Assembly: GCA_051418015.1 (NCBI GenBank) | Contig: JBPRGF010000017.1 | Location: 160,001-224,000 of the forward strand | Source: Candidatus Nitrospinota bacterium M3_3B_026 | GTDB lineage: Bacteria; Nitrospinota_A; UBA7883; JBPRGF01 | Length of the DNA: 64,000 nt | Reading direction: 5' to 3' | Position numbers and translations under genes: made by a program | The notes under the pieces: model-generated | What the model saw: only the letters and a program-made list of their open reading frames with translations | Databases searched by the model: none | What the model was told of the DNA's origin: nothing | Part shown: positions 1 to 6,407 of the stretch, piece after piece | Layout: the number at the start of each line of letters is the position of its first letter | How positions within the stretch are numbered: the first letter of the stretch is position 1

Positions 1-125
1 ATCGAGCGTACAAGAAAGGCTATTCCACCCTTTCCCTTGAGGAGATCGCCCAAGACGGCGGCGCCGGGCGAGCCATGCTGGACTATATCCGGGAGCAAGC
101 GGAAAACTCCGGCCTGTTCAAGTGA
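1..125 (+). CDS. 3' end of probable Panacea (DUF4065/SocA-like) antitoxin, truncated by window edge
   Basis: Frame 3 reads RAYKKGYSTLSLEEIAQDGGAGRAMLDYIREQAENSGLFK* (TGA 123-125), resembling the C-terminus of Panacea proteins; ends 3 nt before the next ATG. Confidence 0.5.
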   Translation, partial: RAYKKGYSTLSLEEIAQDGGAGRAMLDYIREQAENSGLFK

Positions 126-128
126 TCC

Positions 129-593
129 ATGGCCGGAGGATCGTTCCGCGATAAATTCCCGCGCGAGTGGTTATCTGGCCTCGCCGAAAAACATTTTAAG
201 CCCGGAGTGGTGCTCCGTTTCCACGTCAAGGACACATACCCACCGAAAATCAAGCGCCTTGTTGTCATAGCCATAGATCGCAAATCGGATGGCTTTCTGG
301 CCGTGTATTTCAACTCATCCGTTAATCCTCATGTTTTACGCACGGACCATCAGCGCCAGTTACAAATATTTTTTGAGAAGACGGAAGACAGGCCATATCT
401 TGCCCGCGGCTCTTATCTCGATTGCTCGAATGTCCATGAATTTCCGTTGAGCAAAATAAAAGGCTCTCTAACCGGCAATCCAGGCAAATGGATCGGCGCG
501 CTCTCCGGCGAAGAGCTTGAGCAGGCTATCGGCAAGTTGCGCGGCGCGAAAACTGTTTCCCCGAAGATCAAGAAAAGATACGGGCTATTATAA
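129..593 (+). CDS. Putative PemK/MazF-fold toxin
   Basis: 154 aa; KIKRLVVIA strand, SYLDCSNV, and IGALSGEELEQAIGKL helix follow the PemK-like pattern; directly follows the putative antitoxin. Confidence 0.5.
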   Translation: MAGGSFRDKFPREWLSGLAEKHFKPGVVLRFHVKDTYPPKIKRLVVIAIDRKSDGFLAVYFNSSVNPHVLRTDHQRQLQIFFEKTEDRPYLARGSYLDCSNVHEFPLSKIKGSLTGNPGKWIGALSGEELEQAIGKLRGAKTVSPKIKKRYGLL

Positions 594-627
594 AGGATGG
601 CTCAGGGATCAATGGGGCGGCTCCGCC

Positions 628-653
628 GTCCATAAAACATGTGTTTTATGGAC
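628..653. promoter_or_regulatory. Perfect 12-bp inverted repeat, possible res-like or repressor site
   Basis: GTCCATAAAACA-TG-TGTTTTATGGAC; related half-site GTTTTGTGGACA at about 715-726. Confidence 0.45.
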
Positions 654-755
654 ATGATTTTCCGCCAGCGACGGGCGTTGGTTTTCAAAGCATTGCGGAC
701 GCGGGCGCATGGGGGTTTTGTGGACAGTTGTCAGAAAATGGAAAAGAAACAGTGA

Positions 756-810
756 CACTGGCCGCTTTTGAGGCGCCCATCATTGGCCGGTTTTAAAGTG
801 CCCACTGACA
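756..810. mobile_element. IS21-family terminal repeat (end A; outer end at 810, element interior to the left)
   Basis: Minus strand reads TGTCAGTGGGCACTTTAAAACCGGCCAATGATGGGCGCCTCAAAAGCGGCCA: 5'-TG terminus with two tandem transposase-binding repeats. Confidence 0.7.
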
Positions 811-933
811 ATCGGCGACCCGACGCTCGCCGACGCCATCCTCGACCGGCTCATCCACAACGCCTACAAGATCGTTTTAAAGGGTGAATCCATGAGAAAA
901 ACGCGATCGAAGTTGACGAAAACCGAGAGCTGA
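811..933 (+). pseudogene. istB: IS21 helper ATPase IstB, C-terminal fragment only
   Basis: Translates [30 protein letters not shown]...*, the hallmark IstB C-terminus; begins exactly at the end of IS end A. Confidence 0.85.
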
Positions 934-969
934 TGGAAGATTAACGAACCAGCGCTGCCACGCCCCGGC

Positions 970-1066
970 GGGGGGGCCGATTTGCTCCGGAACGGGTGGC
1001 CGGTTTGAAGTGAAACACCCGGCCGGTTTGCCCCGGAATTACCGGCCGATTTGACCGGAATGCGCA
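970..1066. mobile_element. IS21-family right end (end B) belonging to the istB remnant
   Basis: Four GGCCG(G/A)TTTG repeats ending ...GACCGGAATGCGCA (CA-3' terminus), downstream of istB. Confidence 0.75.
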
Positions 1067-1075
1067 CACCCTTGC

Positions 1076-4000
1076 TTATCCGTGCCCTTTGGCCAAGCTG
1101 ATCTCGAAGTAGCGGGTTGCTCCCGTTCCCTGAGTGAATCGTGTGACATCAAATTCTTTCGGGCGTACATACCAGCACTGGGAGACCTTCACAGCAGCAG
1201 CTAGTGCCGCACACGCAACGGCCTGCAACTTTGATCCCGTCAGGCCGATTTCGAAATTCATTCCTTCCTGCACATACCAGCGATGATGCATTGCGGTTAG
1301 GTGTGTGTGAACACCAACAAGATCGTCTGTATCGAGTGCTTCCACATTTGTACTAGGATAGTTCTGCTGTACGAAATCGGCAAATACATTAGCTAACTGA
1401 GCACGGGGCGTTGTATCATCGTGTGTAATAAGCTCAATTCTGTCATACTGCCTTTCATCAAGCAGGGACAAGAGTCTTTCATGCTTGGGTGATGAGAAAG
1501 CGCATAGCGCACGCCGCCGTGAGTCATCCGCGTCGCTGTCCATCAGGGCATCTATGGAATAGGGTCCCTCCTCCCCAGTCAATACTCCGCTTAAAGCGTC
1601 TAGAAGCGTGTAATAATCACGATCTTCTGCAGCTTTAAGTATTGGGGCAATATCCTCGTTTTTCGGATAGTGAACTTCAGCTTTTGTGTGACACACCAAG
1701 ACAGAGCCTTCCGAGTTTAAGGACCACCGGACTGCATGGAAAAGGGCTGGTTTTGCAAGGCCAGTAATATCAACAAGAGTTCGGCCAGGGGCGACGCTCA
1801 GACCATGTTCGACGACAGCCTCATAATCAATCATATCGACTGGGACGTCGCACCCGGAAAGCGCTTCATATATCTCCCTTGATTTGCCCTCTTCCTTGTA
1901 TTGTACTGCTACCGCACGTGTCGGCCGAGTAACTTCTAGGATACGCCTTATGGACTCCATCGTCCGGCCCTCGAAGCCAAGGCCCAATACTAAAACATCG
2001 ACAGGTATCCCCCGTAACACTTCATCTGAAACTGGGCGGCAATGTGGAACCTTTGAGGTAATCAAAGCTTCTTTCCTATGATCATCAGCAGCGGCCTGGC
2101 TAGTTGTTGGTTTCTCTGGTAATGACGACGGTCGTATCACATCGAAAAGGCTGCATTGTACAGACCCCATATCGTCTGAGCCTTCGCTATCTTCCACCAA
2201 ATCATCACTAATATGCTCGGGCACCTCCTCCAGACCACCAAGATTGCGCAACAGAATCTCTTTGCCGTTTTTTGGGTTGAACAGCCATTCCATCAAGTCC
2301 TCACCAGATAGCTCGAACCTATCCCTTTCAGCCAACCCAATAAAATTTGAAAGCCCATATAGTTTACGAAAAGCGAGCTTGAACTGCTGTATCGGGTCGG
2401 AGTCTCTTGTCTTTGTGCGATGGGTTCCACCGTTGAGCACAAATACCCCGGCGTCGATCAGTTCTCGAATTTGATCATACTGTTTTTCAGTCTCCCCCTT
2501 TGTCAATCGAACATAGACCTTCAGGTACTGTCGTAGCCGCAGCTTCTCGTCTCCTTTTACCTTAGCCTTCTTGTATGATTGCATGAGTAGCTCATGAGAT
2601 GCTTCCGCGAAAGCCAAAGCATGATCTTTCAGGATGCTGCTACGCCGGTTGAGATCGTACAATCGGCGGCTACAGAAGTCCTGAAAGCATTCTGATTGTA
2701 AATTAGGCGACACCGGATACTCATTACTGCTCGCCCGGCGCAGGATCAGCTCGTAGATGCTGATGACATCTCCGATGTCCCCCACACACACGCGGGCCAA
2801 AGCACTTATCCCATGGTAGACGCGCTTGCGTTCGGCAGAGGTTTCAGCAGTCTGTGCGATACGTGAAGCGATTGACTCGAGTGTCGTGTCGCCGAGTATG
2901 GCGCTGGGACGCACGTCCCTCGGATGAAACTCGTAGTGTTCAGCTCGGCGTGCCAAGATATCCTCCACGAAGGCAACGCCTTTCCGTGTCCCCGTAAGTT
3001 CATTCACCTCTGTTCCCAGATCAAATACATCGTAGTCTCGGCCTGCCCGAGCGCGTTCTATCTGTCCCGGCGAGCGGAGGATAAGCTCCAGCGTTTGCGC
3101 TTCTGTCGTAAGCTTGAAAGCGCATGCTGGATCTGCAAACAGAAGCGAAGACATAAGAGATTGGATATTGGGCTCACGCAAGAATCTAGTAGATACATCA
3201 TCCAACAAAAAGAAGACCATATTTTTGTTCCATACGTCCGAGCAGCTGACAATAGCGCGCGCGAGGTACGGGAATACCTCTGCTGGATTGGCTGTCATAA
3301 AATATTTTCTGTCTCCTCTGCTGAGTCTTACGCTGATGTTTAAGAGAACCCGCTCAAGTTCGAATTCGGTTGCGGCGGTTTTCGCGTCTTCTCCTCCTTC
3401 TACAAAGGCTGACACGGCGTTGCCGATCTCTCGAAAACCTGATGGCCTAATTGTTCGGTCATCCAACTCGCGTAAGTGTCTCATGGCTCTCAACGCTTCA
3501 ACTGCGTAGTGAACGAATAACCTGGCAAACGGTTCGTGGAATCGTGCAGTCGGTTTAGCTAGATTATCAAGTAAGCGCGTACATGACGCGTACAAGCCAA
3601 TATATCCGTCGTTCGCAAGTCCCTTATTACCTCGCACACTATTCTGAGCCGCGTAATACGTCGCCCTAGCATGGAATTGTAGAGCTCGTAAAAGCATCGT
3701 CTTACCTGAGCCGCGCATCCCGGTAATGACTTGGGGTCCCCGAACACTTATGGCCGCCAACCATCGCTCGTCGGGGTCTACCAAAAGGTACGGTACGAAC
3801 CACGGTGCCAATGTTTGCGCGTTGTAAGCGTCGTTGAACCGTCGCAAGCGGGGTTTTTCCGTCCATGGTGAAGATACCTGACGTACAGCTGTCCGAATGT
3901 CCTCGATGCATTCATCAAACGTTGGAGCGCGTTGCGAAGTAGCGACGGGCGAGAGCAGGTGAGCGCGCTCCTCAATGACGCTCGCGAGCCTATAGTCGAT

Positions 4001-4750
4001 GTCGGAAACTCCATCCGGTTTTGAGAGAAGCTTATCGGCAAGGCTTCCTAGGTGCTTAACGGCCCAGTGCAGATCGCCGTACCGTTGCTCTTCCGGGTCG
4101 CTCTTGCTCTCATCGGCTGCTGAGTTCAGGTCAATCGCCACGAGTCTGATTAGAGGTTCCTCAGCATCGGCACGACGAGCGGATTCGGAAAGGTTCTCCA
4201 GAATTAGATTCCCTGCGTGCAGGTCATTGTGGCGTACTTGCTTGCTTTCAAGTTCTCCAAGAAGTGAGAACAGATCAATAGCAATTTGTGCGACAGTATT
4301 GGAGGATACATGTCCTTCCCCAACAAGACATTGCTGTAGAGTTCTACCGTTCACATAGTCCATCTCGGCAACGTGGCACACCAGTTCAATATCATTGAAC
4401 TGGATTGGAACATTCAATTTCATATCATGAATGTCGATAATGTGCTGCGAGGCTTCGGCCGCTTTCGCGTGCTCACTGCATTCGGCCTCGAAGTCCTTCG
4501 AGAATGCCTCATAGAGTTTGCTCGGCACGACCTTCAATACACGCTTTCGCTGGAACGGGCCAACCTCGGCCACATACGTTACCGAGTAGAAGCCCCTGTC
4601 GAGCGCTTCCATGACACGATAGTTGCCTATCGCTCTCGGCATATTGATCAATGGGAACCCAAATGGCCGTCCACAATCGGGGCAACGATCACTAAGCGAC
4701 CGGTCTTCAGCACTTGGTTTCGGATCAATGAAGCAACACAGCTTAGGCAT
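1076..4750 (-). CDS. Multidomain protein: Zn ribbon + Ser/Thr-type protein kinase + ORC/Cdc6-like P-loop ATPase + two CARF-like Rossmann domains
   Basis: CPDCG knuckle; kinase motifs LDRGFYSVTY, VLKVV, HNDLHAGN; Walker A GMRGSGKT, Walker B FFLLDD; C-terminal VDITGLAK and IGLTGSK motifs. Start moved to ATG 4750 (GAGGAGG RBS upstream), about 1224 aa. Confidence 0.75.
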   Translation of the reverse strand: MPKLCCFIDPKPSAEDRSLSDRCPDCGRPFGFPLINMPRAIGNYRVMEALDRGFYSVTYVAEVGPFQRKRVLKVVPSKLYEAFSKDFEAECSEHAKAAEASQHIIDIHDMKLNVPIQFNDIELVCHVAEMDYVNGRTLQQCLVGEGHVSSNTVAQIAIDLFSLLGELESKQVRHNDLHAGNLILENLSESARRADAEEPLIRLVAIDLNSAADESKSDPEEQRYGDLHWAVKHLGSLADKLLSKPDGVSDIDYRLASVIEERAHLLSPVATSQRAPTFDECIEDIRTAVRQVSSPWTEKPRLRRFNDAYNAQTLAPWFVPYLLVDPDERWLAAISVRGPQVITGMRGSGKTMLLRALQFHARATYYAAQNSVRGNKGLANDGYIGLYASCTRLLDNLAKPTARFHEPFARLFVHYAVEALRAMRHLRELDDRTIRPSGFREIGNAVSAFVEGGEDAKTAATEFELERVLLNISVRLSRGDRKYFMTANPAEVFPYLARAIVSCSDVWNKNMVFFLLDDVSTRFLREPNIQSLMSSLLFADPACAFKLTTEAQTLELILRSPGQIERARAGRDYDVFDLGTEVNELTGTRKGVAFVEDILARRAEHYEFHPRDVRPSAILGDTTLESIASRIAQTAETSAERKRVYHGISALARVCVGDIGDVISIYELILRRASSNEYPVSPNLQSECFQDFCSRRLYDLNRRSSILKDHALAFAEASHELLMQSYKKAKVKGDEKLRLRQYLKVYVRLTKGETEKQYDQIRELIDAGVFVLNGGTHRTKTRDSDPIQQFKLAFRKLYGLSNFIGLAERDRFELSGEDLMEWLFNPKNGKEILLRNLGGLEEVPEHISDDLVEDSEGSDDMGSVQCSLFDVIRPSSLPEKPTTSQAAADDHRKEALITSKVPHCRPVSDEVLRGIPVDVLVLGLGFEGRTMESIRRILEVTRPTRAVAVQYKEEGKSREIYEALSGCDVPVDMIDYEAVVEHGLSVAPGRTLVDITGLAKPALFHAVRWSLNSEGSVLVCHTKAEVHYPKNEDIAPILKAAEDRDYYTLLDALSGVLTGEEGPYSIDALMDSDADDSRRRALCAFSSPKHERLLSLLDERQYDRIELITHDDTTPRAQLANVFADFVQQNYPSTNVEALDTDDLVGVHTHLTAMHHRWYVQEGMNFEIGLTGSKLQAVACAALAAAVKVSQCWYVRPKEFDVTRFTQGTGATRYFEISLAKGHG

Positions 4751-5954
4751 GCCGCACCTCCTCGTATCCGGCTTTTTGGCCTGGATTTTCATCTACGCGA
4801 ATGGATTTCCCAACACGTTTTGCAAATGCGGGTGAGACCTGTCTATCACAGCGCAGCGTCGCGACCACATCGCCACGCTCGACAACCTCTCCCATAATAC
4901 GCTTTAGCACGACGCCACACGGGTCCGGAAATACCATCCGGTCTCCAGATGCTCGTTGCTGTTCGTCCACAATGCACTCGCGAAGAGAGTCGAGCTCTGG
5001 AACCAGGAAACCGCTCGCCTTAGCTGTCACGTATGATACCGGGGCAGATGCAACCGACTTTGCTCGTCTGAGGAGCGCGTCGAACGTCGCGCCTTGAGCC
5101 ATTAGGTTCTCTTTCGTATGTTGCCTCAAGGAATCTTGGTCCAAGGACGCCGTTCTCTCTGCCCCTACTAACCCACGGGCCATCGCCTGGCACAATAGTG
5201 CATGGTTACGCAGTTCGCTCCCTACTTCTTCACCAAGGGTTAGAATGAGAGCTTGAAGCGCTTCGCCTCTCCCGATAAAAGGTTGGTAGGGCCTTGATGC
5301 GTCCGTCAAGAAGCATACGGCTTCCATATCGAGCAGTCTTGCGACTTCGCAGAATCGTCTCGCGTTAGCGCGAGCCTCGTCCCAAGTGCTACCGAAATTG
5401 CAGTGGGTTCCGACGCGAACTTCAAGTCCGACCGTCTCAATACCGACCGCAAGCTTCTTGGAGAGGATGCTGGCAATAACCAACGACGGAATCGCAAGCG
5501 CGCTATGATCTCTTCTGAAGGTAAATAGAGCTTTGTCGAGAGGGGCTATGTCAGAGCCCGCCAGAACATGAGCGTATCCGCAGAAGTCTACTGCCCTCTG
5601 CATTTCGATAGCCGTGAGATCTACTTTATATCCAGGCACCTGAGCTAGAACGTCCACGCCCCCAGCGGGACGCCCAGGTACACCCACCTTCGGCACAACA
5701 TACCCCAAAGAACGCAAGTAGAGGGGGCACAGAATTGTCGAAAGCGAACTCGGTCCACCAGTCGAGGCTATATCCGCTGTTTTGTAACGTTCGCGGAAGT
5801 GGAGAAGTGTACCAGAGTTAGCCATCATTTGTGCAAGATGGGCAACATCGTCATCTGCCATCTCGTCGCTCAGAGCACAAGACGTGACATTTTGCATCGC
5901 ATCTTCTGAGTATGTGGCGGCCAAGGCATCAATGACCTTCCGGCATCTAGTCAT
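4743..5954 (-). CDS. Divergent thymidine/pyrimidine-nucleoside phosphorylase-like protein
   Basis: DIASTGG (canonical DKHSTGG), IAPLDKALFTFR, ASILSKKLA, QPFIGRG, C-terminal GEVVERGDVVATL domain. Confidence 0.8.
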   Translation of the reverse strand: MTRCRKVIDALAATYSEDAMQNVTSCALSDEMADDDVAHLAQMMANSGTLLHFRERYKTADIASTGGPSSLSTILCPLYLRSLGYVVPKVGVPGRPAGGVDVLAQVPGYKVDLTAIEMQRAVDFCGYAHVLAGSDIAPLDKALFTFRRDHSALAIPSLVIASILSKKLAVGIETVGLEVRVGTHCNFGSTWDEARANARRFCEVARLLDMEAVCFLTDASRPYQPFIGRGEALQALILTLGEEVGSELRNHALLCQAMARGLVGAERTASLDQDSLRQHTKENLMAQGATFDALLRRAKSVASAPVSYVTAKASGFLVPELDSLRECIVDEQQRASGDRMVFPDPCGVVLKRIMGEVVERGDVVATLRCDRQVSPAFAKRVGKSIRVDENPGQKAGYEEVRHA

Positions 5955-6403
5955 TGTCTTTTGCCCTCTACTAGTTTAGTATTGCACTTGTTACGTAGTC
6001 GATTGCTGACAGCGGCGGCGATTGCATCTATGCAGGACTCCAGATCTGATTCAACCTGATGTTGCCAAAGTCTTATGACCCTCCAGTCGCGACTGCGTAA
6101 TAACCGAAAATTCCGTTGATCCCTCTCGCGGTTTGTCTGTATCTTTTTCCGCCAAAAATGCGAAAGGGAATTCTTCCACATAGGAAACCTATATCCGTGC
6201 CAGAAGTCACCGTCCACAAAGACGGCGACGCGAGCTTTGCTGAAAACTATGTCCGGTTTGCCAGGCAGTTCCTTGACGTGCTTACGGAACCTTAACCCTC
6301 TCCTATGAAGCGCTGACCGCACCCGCACCTCCAGACCCGTATCCTTCCCCTTGATGCGGGACATGCAATAGCTTCTTTGCTCGGGGGTCAGGTTATCCGG
6401 CAT
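5951..6403 (-). CDS. vsr: Very short patch repair endonuclease
   Basis: MPDNLTPEQRSYCMSRIKGKDT..E, LPGKPDIVF, VFVDGDFWHG; ATG at 6403 preferred. Confidence 0.92.
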   Translation of the reverse strand: MPDNLTPEQRSYCMSRIKGKDTGLEVRVRSALHRRGLRFRKHVKELPGKPDIVFSKARVAVFVDGDFWHGYRFPMWKNSLSHFWRKKIQTNRERDQRNFRLLRSRDWRVIRLWQHQVESDLESCIDAIAAAVSNRLRNKCNTKLVEGKRQ

Positions 6404-6407
6404 ATCT

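Noticed and set aside
864..1067. 67-aa minus-strand ORF
   Set aside because: It is just the reverse reading of the IS21 terminal repeats and istB fragment.
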